Shown here: in pieces, positions 1 through 8,296 of the stretch
How positions within the stretch are numbered: the stretch's first letter is position 1
How the letters are laid out: each line of letters begins with the position of its first letter
Assembly: GCF_000007225.1 (NCBI RefSeq)
Contig: NC_003364.1
Coordinates: forward strand, 750,001-782,000
Source: Pyrobaculum aerophilum str. IM2
GTDB lineage: Archaea; Thermoproteota; Thermoprotei; Thermoproteales; Thermoproteaceae
Direction: 5' to 3'
DNA: 32,000 bases
Translations under genes and position numbers: made by a program
The notes under the pieces: model-generated
What the model was told of the DNA's origin: nothing
What the model saw: the letters and a program-made list of their open reading frames with translations, nothing else
Databases searched by the model: none

Positions 1-1
1 C

Positions 2-667
2 GTGAAACTTGGGGCTAAGGCCCTAGACACTTCAGGTCGGGGTGAGCCGTTTAAATTCTACACTGCCTACTATCTCTCATTTTATAGCAAAAAACGGGCG
101 AGAACATTAAGAGAACTATTAGAAGGCATAAAGATCGCTGATAAAAACACCTTATTTCACCACTTATTTCATACAATTCGATCAAAACACTTAATACCTC
201 CTAGATATTCCAACGACTTTGCCCGCTGGGTCGGCGAAGAGGTAGGAGATGAGGAACTTGCTGCAGCGCTTTCGGATATCTCTGGCGCAGAGCCGGCAAC
301 AATTGAGGATATTAGGAAAGAAATTATTGCTATAATGGAGCCTTATGCTGATGATAGGCGTGGAAAGTCGGAGTTTGTTTTCGTAGCCATGGAGCCTGTG
401 GTGATAGAAACTGACTATGTCGCTAGGACACTTGGCGACTTTCTAGATCTAATAGAAGTTGTGCCCGGAGAGTCTGTGATTTACCACTTTGTCACAAGAA
501 GGGTGTTAGAAGGCACTGGCCGTAACGACTTCTCCATTTGGCTAGAGAAAAACTTCGGGCTGACCGAAGTTGCCGCTGCGTTGAGCAAAATAGATCCATT
601 GATGTACAACAGTGAGGAAGCGCTTAGGAGAGACATAATTAAGACGTTGAAAAAGTGGTTGCTATGA
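2..667 (+). CDS. Conserved hypothetical protein built from two tandem ~95-aa repeats. It resembles the DUF5752-type proteins I recall next to archaeal glycosyltransferases. It is translationally coupled to treT, and its 5' end may be cut by the window edge.
   Basis: Long ORF starting with GTG at the first full codon of the window, so the true start may lie upstream. Its TGA (665-667) overlaps ATG 664 of treT (ATGA). The two halves share ARTL..L, NDF..W and AAALS.I motifs. The family name comes from memory, not a search. Confidence 0.6.
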   Translation: MKLGAKALDTSGRGEPFKFYTAYYLSFYSKKRARTLRELLEGIKIADKNTLFHHLFHTIRSKHLIPPRYSNDFARWVGEEVGDEELAAALSDISGAEPATIEDIRKEIIAIMEPYADDRRGKSEFVFVAMEPVVIETDYVARTLGDFLDLIEVVPGESVIYHFVTRRVLEGTGRNDFSIWLEKNFGLTEVAAALSKIDPLMYNSEEALRRDIIKTLKKWLL

Positions 668-1869
668 TAGAGAAATATGCTCAATTCGTTGGCGAGGAGG
701 AGATAAATGCAATTATAAAACTTGCTGAAAGGCTAGAGGATTTGTCAATACTCCACGTTAACTCCACGGCAGCTGGCGGCGGAGTAGCTGAGATACTTAA
801 CAGAATGGTGCCGCTTATGAGAGAACTAGGGCTTAGAGTTGACTGGAGGGTGATTAAGGGTGATGAGGAATTTTTCACAGTGACTAAGACGTTCCACAAC
901 GCGCTTCAAGGGACTGTCTCAGAAGTGCCAGAGCAGTATTACGCTATTTACGACAAATGGCAGGAAATCAACGCCACAGAATTAGACCTGGACTATGATG
1001 TGGTGTTTATTCACGACCCGCAGCCAGCTGGTTTAATAAAATACCGGAAGAAGGGGAAGTGGATTTGGAGATGTCACATAGACCTTTCAACACCGCATCC
1101 GCAAGTCTGGGCTTTCCTTAAGCGTTATGTATCTAACTACGACCTAGCCATATTCCATATCCCCGAATTCGCCAGAGACGATCTCGACATCCCACAGCTC
1201 ATTATTCCGCCGTCAATAGATCCGCTCAGCCCTAAAAACAGAGAATTGCCAAATAGCGCCATAGAGAGAATTGTAAGAAAATTCGATGTAGATCTCGACC
1301 GTCCAATACTTCTGCAAATCGCCCGTTTCGACTGGGCAAAGGACCCCATCGGCGTTATAGAGAGTTATAAATTAGCAAAAAGGCACACCCCTGAATTACA
1401 ATTGGTTTACCTAGGGAGTCCAGCTCACGACGACCCGGAGGGGGAAATAGTATACAAAAAAACAGTGGAGGCCGCTGGGAACGACCGCGACATTCATTTA
1501 CTAATGTTGCCGCCTGATAGCCACATAGAGGTAAACGCTTTTCAGCGCGCGGCAACAGTGGTTATGCAGAAGTCAATAAGAGAGGGCTTTGGTTTAACTG
1601 TCAGCGAGGCGTTATGGAAGGGAAAGCCCGTCATAGGCGGAAAGGCCGGCGGAATAAAAATACAGGTTATACACGGCGTCACGGGCTTTTTGGCGACATC
1701 AGCTAGAACAGCAGCGCACTATGTCACACTTCTCCTCAGAGAAAAAGAATTACGAGAACAAATGGGCGCTGCAGGCAGAGAGCACGTACGCAGAAACTTC
1801 CTTATAACACACCACTTAAGACGTTATTTAATGGCCATAGCGTACGTCACCGGGAGGCACAAAAAGTAG
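664..1869 (+). CDS. treT: Trehalose glycosyltransferring synthase TreT (GT4 family)
   Basis: Motifs HVNSTAAGGGVAEIL, TKTFHNALQG, WRCHIDLS, PPSIDPLS, AHDDPEG, EVNAFQRA and SIREGFGLTVSEALWKGKPVIGG match, along the whole length, my recollection of characterised Pyrococcus/Thermoproteus TreT. The ORF track starts at GTG 655, but ATG 664 (MIEKYAQFVGEEE) gives the ATGA overlap with the upstream stop. Confidence 0.9.
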   Translation: MIEKYAQFVGEEEINAIIKLAERLEDLSILHVNSTAAGGGVAEILNRMVPLMRELGLRVDWRVIKGDEEFFTVTKTFHNALQGTVSEVPEQYYAIYDKWQEINATELDLDYDVVFIHDPQPAGLIKYRKKGKWIWRCHIDLSTPHPQVWAFLKRYVSNYDLAIFHIPEFARDDLDIPQLIIPPSIDPLSPKNRELPNSAIERIVRKFDVDLDRPILLQIARFDWAKDPIGVIESYKLAKRHTPELQLVYLGSPAHDDPEGEIVYKKTVEAAGNDRDIHLLMLPPDSHIEVNAFQRAATVVMQKSIREGFGLTVSEALWKGKPVIGGKAGGIKIQVIHGVTGFLATSARTAAHYVTLLLREKELREQMGAAGREHVRRNFLITHHLRRYLMAIAYVTGRHKK

Positions 1870-2750
1870 CTACCGCTTCTCCGCCCCCCAAGCGCCACTC
1901 ATATTGACGCGTAGATGTATAATTTCCAAGTCTCCAGGGTTCCGTACCCAAAAACCTTCTAGCAATACCCCTTAGCCAAACCGCCTCGTCAGCTTCAGCC
2001 CGTCTTTTTCAATTAGTTGTTTTAACCTCTTCGCCTATTCTTTTGTACGGATTTGCGGTTACTAACGTCACAATCCGCCTGGGTTAGCCCTTTAGCATCA
2101 GCCTCATCCCTCCCAATAACACCCTCACTTTTTAAATACTCCACGAAAAACTCCTGATAGCCGGCAAACCCAGCGAGAAAGCGACACGCCCCAGCCTGCC
2201 CACTCCCTCCATAAACTGCCACCTTCTGAATTCTCGTGGCCACAGCATAGCCGCGTCAATTAAGAGACTAATCTCTTCCCTTTATACAGATGTGCCTAAT
2301 TAATAATGCGTTCACTCCCCGAATCTGCATCTGTAAGCCCCAAGGTGCTCATAAAAAATCCATAAACGCCGATTTTTTGGCGAGAATCGTTTATTACCTC
2401 TGTGGGATTGTTATATACATTTTCCTGGCTTGGAAGCCAGAGCATAATAAGACGCACATATCGCATGGCCCCTTACGCCCCCAGCTGAAGACCTGGCCGC
2501 GCTGTCTGTATTTGGGGCGTTATTGGCGGCTTCGCAGATATATTACTTATATCACGTAATTAGAGCCCATTTAAAAACGCAATACGCCCAAGGCAGATAA
2601 CTATCAAGGACTAAATCTCATTCCAATCCCCTTATTTCCCCCGGTATTTCTTAGCATATTATTAACGCCAAGGCTCAGAGGGTTACAGAACAAAGGAATA
2701 AGAGGAAAGGCGATATAATATCTCGCTCTAAGAGGAATTTTTAAAAACTG

Positions 2751-3476
2751 GTGTTTACGCTGGGCGTGGACATAGCGCTATTCGCCGATTACGACGGAAC
2801 ACTGGCTTTACCAGAAAAGGCGAGAGAAGAGAGGCCGCTCCCTCCCTCGTTAGAAGAAGCGTTGAGAAAACTCGCCGCGTTAATGCCATTTGCGGTAGTG
2901 ACGACTAAAGACTGCCAATTTGTTATGAAAAGAGTGCCCTTCGCCTCTGCCTATGCGTGTATTAACGGAATTGAGATCCATGCGGCGGGATACGTGGCCG
3001 TGGCCGCAGACGTCAAATACGACGCTGTGGAAAGTCTGTACAGAAAGGCTACGGGATTAAACGCCCTTGTAGAGCCTAAAAGGACGTGGCGTGGGGATAT
3101 AGCCGGTTTTACAATTGACTGGCGAGATAGCGGAATTCCGCCGCCGGGCCTGGAGGAGTTGGTTAGGGAGGCCTCGGGACTTGGGATAAGGGTAGTGAAG
3201 TACTCCAGACACCCCTTTTTAGACTTCTACGGCTCTAATGTCGACAAGGGCAATGCCGTGCGCATTTTAAAGGCCCTTCTGGGAGTAAAACACGTAGTGT
3301 ATATGGGCGATAGCGAAAACGACATCCCAGCGTGGAGAGAAGCCGATATAAAAATCCTCGTGAGGCACAGCCTCAACCGCGGCCTCTCAATAGAGGGGGT
3401 TATCCCAATTGACTATGAACACCTGCCCGCGTATTTACAAGAGGTCGCCAAAAATGTAACAGATATAAAGGGATAG
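2751..3476 (+). CDS. HAD-IIB superfamily phosphatase (trehalose-6-phosphate phosphatase-like; substrate uncertain)
   Basis: Motif I FADYDGTL lies near the N-terminus, with VVTTKD (motif II-like), a conserved K in NVDKGNA, and motif IV GDSENDIPAW. The TATA-like tract aatttttaaaaac (2737-2749) sits too close to GTG 2751. In-frame GTG 2766 (VDIALFADYDGTL) is a plausible leaderless start. Confidence 0.75.
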   Translation: MFTLGVDIALFADYDGTLALPEKAREERPLPPSLEEALRKLAALMPFAVVTTKDCQFVMKRVPFASAYACINGIEIHAAGYVAVAADVKYDAVESLYRKATGLNALVEPKRTWRGDIAGFTIDWRDSGIPPPGLEELVREASGLGIRVVKYSRHPFLDFYGSNVDKGNAVRILKALLGVKHVVYMGDSENDIPAWREADIKILVRHSLNRGLSIEGVIPIDYEHLPAYLQEVAKNVTDIKG

Positions 3477-3488
3477 CTCGGAGCTGAA

Positions 3489-4403
3489 GTGGCGAGTTGG
3501 ATTACAACCCTCCGCAACCTCATAGTAGACTCGCTGGAAAAGTCCTGGCTGCCTCTCCCCATAAGTCCCGAAATATGCGAATCTTGGAAAAAGGGGTTGC
3601 CCTCTGACGAGTCCGGCATAGTGCTCTACACCTCGTGTATGTACCACCTGGCTCCTCTAATAGAAAAGGCTGTGGAAAACCTCGAAAAATTCGGCGTTAC
3701 TGAAGGCGGAGTGAGAAGCAGACTCGCCGGAGTGGCCGCGAAAATTGCAGGGAGTGTTATACTCCGACCTGACCCCGCCGAAATTGAGCGGGCAAACCAA
3801 GTGATGAGGAAAATATACGACATGCTCACTAAAAGCGGGGTGAGGATTAGGCTGTTAGATAGAGAGATTTACTCGGGGGCTTTACTCTACGAGCTAGGCT
3901 TTGAAAGAGAATTTGCGACGTATGCCCAGAAGGCGGCTAAATACTTCATGGAGAGGGGAGTTAAGGAGGTGATAACAGTGGATCCCCACACGCACCACCT
4001 CTTACAAGCTGTCTATCCCAAATTCGTACCTGGGCTTAATATCAAGGTGCACAGCTACTTAGATCTCATGAAAAGCAACGGGGTTTCAATAAAGGGTTTT
4101 GTAATCCACGACTCTTGTCTTTACGCCAGATTTCTCGGAAAATACGGGAAAATCAGGGAATTGCTCTCGCCGGGGCAGCCAGTTGAAGACCCCTATTACA
4201 CCGGGAGAGACACAGCCGGATGTTGCGGGGGCCCAATTGAGTCAATATTCCCGGACGTGGCGAAAAAAGTGGCCGGAGTTAGAGTTAGAGATTTGTCAAA
4301 GCTTTCAAAAGACGTCGTAGTCCAATGCCCCATTTGTTACGTCAATTTAAAGAGGGCTTCTAACGGCGTCAAACTTTACTACCTGCCAGAGGTGTTACTA
4401 TGA
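3489..4403 (+). CDS. CCG-domain (cysteine-rich) Fe-S oxidoreductase subunit, LutA / GlcF C-terminal-like
   Basis: Two CCG-type cysteine-rich motifs (YTSCMY...; HDSCLYARFLG...TAGCCGGP...QCPICYVNL). Clear paralogue of ORF 10768..11697, with roughly half or more of positions identical by eye. It starts 12 nt after the HAD gene, and its stop overlaps the ATG of the next gene (ATGA at 4400-4403). Confidence 0.85.
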   Translation: MASWITTLRNLIVDSLEKSWLPLPISPEICESWKKGLPSDESGIVLYTSCMYHLAPLIEKAVENLEKFGVTEGGVRSRLAGVAAKIAGSVILRPDPAEIERANQVMRKIYDMLTKSGVRIRLLDREIYSGALLYELGFEREFATYAQKAAKYFMERGVKEVITVDPHTHHLLQAVYPKFVPGLNIKVHSYLDLMKSNGVSIKGFVIHDSCLYARFLGKYGKIRELLSPGQPVEDPYYTGRDTAGCCGGPIESIFPDVAKKVAGVRVRDLSKLSKDVVVQCPICYVNLKRASNGVKLYYLPEVLL

Positions 4404-4696
4404 TTGAAAAACTCATCGCAGAGGCGTCTAAATGCGTCTACTGCGGCTTCTGCGAGTTCGCCTGCCCCACCTACAGGGCTGTTCGAATGAGGCATTTCGG
4501 ACCCAGGGGGCGTATTAACCTCATTAAAAACTTCGACGGGAAGTTGTCTAAAGAGGCCTATAAGGGGATAATGACGTGTCTCCTCTGCGGCGCGTGCGAT
4601 CCCCAATGCCCCGCCGGGATAAAGATAACAGAGACTATTAGGGCTTTCAAAGTGTATTTAATATACAATTTGGCATCACAGCGTGTCTCCTCTTAA
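4400..4696 (+). CDS. Small 2x[4Fe-4S] ferredoxin-domain protein (GlcF N-terminal-like)
   Basis: Two CxxCxxCxxxCP motifs (CVYCGFCEFACP, CLLCGACDPQCP). Its ATG overlaps the stop of the upstream CCG-domain gene. Its 3' end overlaps the 3' end of convergent glcF by 21 nt (4676-4696). Confidence 0.8.
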   Translation: MIEKLIAEASKCVYCGFCEFACPTYRAVRMRHFGPRGRINLIKNFDGKLSKEAYKGIMTCLLCGACDPQCPAGIKITETIRAFKVYLIYNLASQRVSS

Positions 4697-5836
4697 CTCC
4701 ATATAGCCGCTGTTCTCCCCTTTTTGGTAGGCCAAGTCTAGCACTTCCACTGGGAAGTACACCCTGAGGCCTAGCTTAGACAATTGTTGCAGACACGAGG
4801 GGCTTTCAATTAAAACGCCGTCTGGGGAGACGGCTTTCACCTCATCCCTCTTTCTCTCTAGAATTGCGTTGGCGATATCGCGGTGTCTAAGGGGGTACAT
4901 GTTGCCGCCTCCGCAACACACGTCAGCGCTAGGCAATGGAGTTAAGACAAGCCCGGGCACTTTATACAGCGGTTTGAGGACTACGTCATGGGCCTTGGCC
5001 GCATTCATGAGGTGGCAACTGTGTTGTACTGCCAGTCTCATTTTCACTTCGCCGAGGTTGCCCCTCAAATCATGTGCTATTAATTGCATTACGTCCACCA
5101 CTCTGCGGTCGCGCATATACCTAAGGAGCTCCGCTTGACACCCGCCGGAGTTGGGTACGGCTATTGCGTCTACGCTTAACTTCTCCGCGATTTTTAAATT
5201 CCTACGCGCCAATTCCTCTGCCTTCTCGAACTGCCCGCTGTGTCTATACGGAGCGCCGCAACAACTAAAACGCGGAACCACTACCTCGTAGCCGTTCCAC
5301 GTAAGTACTCTAATTGCCGCCTCGACGACCCCCCTCCTGTAGCGCCACGCTACGCACTCATCTGAGACAAACAGGGCAACTCTCCCCTTGGCGTTGCCCT
5401 TGGCGTAGTAGATCTTACCAACTAAGTCCGATATGTCGCCCCCCGTAACTAAGGGCCTAAGCCCGGGCGGTAACGAGGCGGCAATAGGCACGATTTTTAA
5501 GCCAAGCCTTGTGTTTATGGCATTAAATAGCGGGATGTAGCGCTTATAGCTAACCGATTGCATTCCCTTTCTATATGCCTTGAAAAACTCCTCAAACACT
5601 GTGCCGTATTTCACGCCGGATGGACAGGCGGTTTCGCACCTGAGGCAATAAACGCAAGAATCCAGGTATTCCAAAAGCTTGCCCTCGGCCCTTGCCCTGC
5701 CCTCAACGACTGCCCTCATTAAATGTAATCTGCCCCTGGGGCTGTTCCCCTCAAGGCCTGTGGCTAAATAGGTGGGGCAAGTGGGAAGGCAGAAGCCGCA
5801 GTGGACACAACGGTAAAGCTCGTCGAAAGCGCTCAT
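4676..5836 (-). CDS. glcF: Glycolate oxidase iron-sulfur subunit GlcF (4Fe-4S dicluster + two CCG domains)
   Basis: N-terminal CVHCGFCLPTCP and CVYCLRCETACP, and C-terminal CCG motifs (RFSCCGAPY, VCCGGGNMY). Its ATG overlaps the stop of glcE (ATGA at 5833-5836). Confidence 0.85.
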   Translation of the reverse strand: MSAFDELYRCVHCGFCLPTCPTYLATGLEGNSPRGRLHLMRAVVEGRARAEGKLLEYLDSCVYCLRCETACPSGVKYGTVFEEFFKAYRKGMQSVSYKRYIPLFNAINTRLGLKIVPIAASLPPGLRPLVTGGDISDLVGKIYYAKGNAKGRVALFVSDECVAWRYRRGVVEAAIRVLTWNGYEVVVPRFSCCGAPYRHSGQFEKAEELARRNLKIAEKLSVDAIAVPNSGGCQAELLRYMRDRRVVDVMQLIAHDLRGNLGEVKMRLAVQHSCHLMNAAKAHDVVLKPLYKVPGLVLTPLPSADVCCGGGNMYPLRHRDIANAILERKRDEVKAVSPDGVLIESPSCLQQLSKLGLRVYFPVEVLDLAYQKGENSGYMELRGDTL

Positions 5837-6816
5837 GGCAACCTCCCGGGCGACAACACTCCGTTGGGATCTAACACGCGTTTTATTTTCTCCATCAGAT
5901 CCCTATTCTCGACGTCCCATTTCCTCTGCGGCTTCAGCCAATACGCCTTGACGCCCGCAGGCGGCGGGCCGGCTACGTACATAACGCCGAGGAGGGGATA
6001 GCGCAAGTATTTCACGCCCGGCGGGGTCTCGGGGAGAGACGCAGGCGGGGCCACGACCTTGGCGATCTCGTTAGACGCGAAGAGCTCCTCTGCCTCAGTC
6101 ACCGAGCTCCACTTCTCCTCCGCCTCTCTGTCGTAAAACACATCGCCCCGCCCGGCTTTTGACAGCCTGTATTCCACCTCCGACTTAACGCCCTCGAACC
6201 TCAAGTAAAGAACGCCGTCGGCCTCCGCGGCGCCGGCGACATGTAGCTTCCTCAATTCTTGCAGGGACTTCCTGCCGGTGGCCATGACAGCCACGGATTC
6301 GGGCAGGGCGTATATTCGCATATACGCCTCCACGAGGACGGCCAAAGTCCCCCAAGAGCCGGCTATAAGCCTCTTTATGTTGTAACCAGCGACGTCTTTC
6401 ACGACCGGTGCGCCGAATTTCATGAACTCGCCTTTACCTGTGACTATCTTGACGCTGAGCAGCTGATCCCTCGGCGTCATATATCGATAGGCCATCGGGC
6501 CGTAGAAATTAGTGGACAGTATCCCGCCGATGGAGGACCTTCGGAACAACGGCGGATCGAGGGCGAGTCTCCTCCCTCTCTTCCTCAGCTCCTCCTGGAG
6601 CTCTACAGCTGAGATACAAGCTGAGGTCCTCACGACCATCTCCTCCTCGTCCACCTCGAGCACCTTTGGCATATCCCACAGCTGGAGCTCTTCGTCGTAT
6701 TCAACTGGCGGCCCGAGATGCGCCTTAGAGCCCTTGCAGATCGGGAGCAACCTTCTCCTATCCCTATTTGCCTCTTTCATGAGCTCCACGAGCTCTTCTA
6801 CAGACTTGGGCCTCAT
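5833..6816 (-). CDS. glcE: Glycolate oxidase FAD-binding subunit GlcE
   Basis: FAD-binding PCMH-type domain signature (SIGGILSTN, VKDVAGYNIKRLIAGSWGTLAV). It sits between glcD and glcF with ATGA overlaps at both ends. Confidence 0.8.
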   Translation of the reverse strand: MRPKSVEELVELMKEANRDRRRLLPICKGSKAHLGPPVEYDEELQLWDMPKVLEVDEEEMVVRTSACISAVELQEELRKRGRRLALDPPLFRRSSIGGILSTNFYGPMAYRYMTPRDQLLSVKIVTGKGEFMKFGAPVVKDVAGYNIKRLIAGSWGTLAVLVEAYMRIYALPESVAVMATGRKSLQELRKLHVAGAAEADGVLYLRFEGVKSEVEYRLSKAGRGDVFYDREAEEKWSSVTEAEELFASNEIAKVVAPPASLPETPPGVKYLRYPLLGVMYVAGPPPAGVKAYWLKPQRKWDVENRDLMEKIKRVLDPNGVLSPGRLP

Positions 6817-8240
6817 GGGAAGATCTTGCCCGGGTTCATGAGCCCCTTGGGGTCGAAGACCGTTTTTATTGCCTTCATGAGCTCTATCTCCTCTTTCCTA
6901 TACATCTTGGGCAAAAGTTTCTTCTTCATGTACCCGACTCCGTGTTCCCCAGTTATCGTCCCGCCGAGCTCTACGCATGCCTCCAAGATCTCCTCCCCCG
7001 CCTCAATGGCCTTCTCCCTTTCGCCGGGCCTTCTCTCGTCGTATAATATCAACGGATGCAGGTTCCCGTCGCCTGCGTGGAACACGTTGGCGACCCTGAG
7101 CCCCCTCTTTGCGCCGGCGGCCCTCGCTATCATTAAGGCCTCGGCGAGTTTCTTCCGGGGTATCGTGCCGTCTTCAACCACGTAGTTGGGACCCACAAAG
7201 CCCATGGCGCCGAACGCTTGCTTCCTAGCGGCCCATATCTTCGCGGCCCGCGCGGGATCCTCTACTATCTCCACGCCCGCGGCGCCGTTTCTCCTCAAGA
7301 CCTCCGCCACTTTTGCGGCCTCGTCTCTCGCGCCCGGAGGGGACCCCTCGACTTGTATCAACAAAATCGCCTCTGCGTCCCTAGGGAGGCCGGCGGCATA
7401 GGGGCCCGACTCGACGGCCTCGACGGCCAGTTTGTCCATGAGCTCCATGGCGACCGGCATGGCGCCTGAGGCAATGACAGCCGACACGGCTCTGCCGGCC
7501 GCGGCTAAGTCGTTAAATTTCGCCATGATTGTGACTGTTGTCTCATAAGTGGGGACTACTCTAACCACGGCCTCTGCGACGAGGGCCAAAGTGCCCTCAG
7601 AGCCCGTCAAGAGGCCTATTAAGTCGTAGCCGGCTTGTTCAAACTCCTTGCCGCCTATTCTCCTCACCTCGCCGTTTGGCAGTACCACTGTGAGGCCTCT
7701 GAGCTGATTGACTGTCACGCCGTATTTAAAACATTTAACGCCGCCTGAGTTATGCGCTATATTCCCGCCAATTGTGGAGACCCGTTGAGAGCCGGGATCC
7801 GCCGCGTATTGATACCCCAGATCTATGGGGTATTGGTAGCCCATTCGCGCGAGGTAGGAGTTTATCCAGTCATTTATAACCCCTGCCTGGACCGCCGCCA
7901 CTTCGTTGTCTAGATCTACCTCCAGTATCTTGTTCATACGGGCGGTGCTCACAATCACGCCGCCCTTGATCGGGGTAGCCCCGCCGCTGAGGCTGGTGCC
8001 CGATCCTCTGCCCACAATAGGTATGCCATAGTTATACGCAAGCTCCACCGCCTTAGCCATTTCATCTACGCTTCTGGGAAAAACCACAGCGTAGGCCTTA
8101 CCCCTCACAGCCAGCGTCCCGTCTTGTTCGTAGACTAGTAAATCCACCTCGTCGTATAATACGGCGCTCTCCCCCAATAACTCCTTAGCCTTTTTAATAA
8201 ACTGTTGCAAGGCGCGATGCGGAGATAGAGAGCTAGTCAT
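6813..8240 (-). CDS. glcD: FAD-linked oxidase GlcD (glycolate oxidase subunit D / D-lactate dehydrogenase family)
   Basis: FAD-binding and FAD-oxidase C-terminal signatures (VGRGSGTSLSGGA, IGGNIAHNSGG, GYDLIGLLTGSEGTLA, HAGDGNLHP, GGTITGEHGVG, DPKGLMNPGK). First gene of a tightly coupled glcDEF unit. Confidence 0.9.
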   Translation of the reverse strand: MTSSLSPHRALQQFIKKAKELLGESAVLYDEVDLLVYEQDGTLAVRGKAYAVVFPRSVDEMAKAVELAYNYGIPIVGRGSGTSLSGGATPIKGGVIVSTARMNKILEVDLDNEVAAVQAGVINDWINSYLARMGYQYPIDLGYQYAADPGSQRVSTIGGNIAHNSGGVKCFKYGVTVNQLRGLTVVLPNGEVRRIGGKEFEQAGYDLIGLLTGSEGTLALVAEAVVRVVPTYETTVTIMAKFNDLAAAGRAVSAVIASGAMPVAMELMDKLAVEAVESGPYAAGLPRDAEAILLIQVEGSPPGARDEAAKVAEVLRRNGAAGVEIVEDPARAAKIWAARKQAFGAMGFVGPNYVVEDGTIPRKKLAEALMIARAAGAKRGLRVANVFHAGDGNLHPLILYDERRPGEREKAIEAGEEILEACVELGGTITGEHGVGYMKKKLLPKMYRKEEIELMKAIKTVFDPKGLMNPGKIFP

Positions 8241-8296
8241 ATAACTATCACTTAATGCAGTATAAATAGTTAAAAACTATCGCTTTATTTCGTATT
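8241..8296. promoter_or_regulatory. 56-bp divergent promoter region between glcD and malate synthase
   Basis: An AT-rich core gtataaatagttaaaaa (about 8260-8276) lies about 25-35 nt from both start codons (ATG 8240 on the minus strand, GTG 8297 on the plus strand). That is the spacing expected for archaeal TATA/BRE with leaderless transcripts. Confidence 0.5.

Noticed and set aside
860-866. C-box-like heptamers GTGATGA/ATGATGA inside coding regions (860-866, 3801-3807, 11955-11961, and the minus strand near 10521 and 20891).
   Set aside because: None is followed by a CTGA D'/D box at the required 12-nt spacing or by a second C'/D pair. They are ordinary codons (for example G-D-E and V-M-R).
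2290-2559. 89-aa plus-strand ORF in the treT-phosphatase gap.
   Set aside because: Its translation (Cys/Ile/Tyr/Arg-rich) has no protein-like pattern, and the opposite strand shows more gene-like remnants. I treat it as non-coding.
4481-4488. A T-loop-like gttcgaat.
   Set aside because: It lies inside the ferredoxin-domain CDS (codons for A-V-R-M) with no surrounding tRNA cloverleaf.
6259-7469. Several plus-strand ORFs (117, 109, 155, 71 and 83 aa) opposite glcE/glcD.
   Set aside because: All are antisense shadows of the well-supported glcDEF genes, with Ser/Pro-rich nonsense-like translations.
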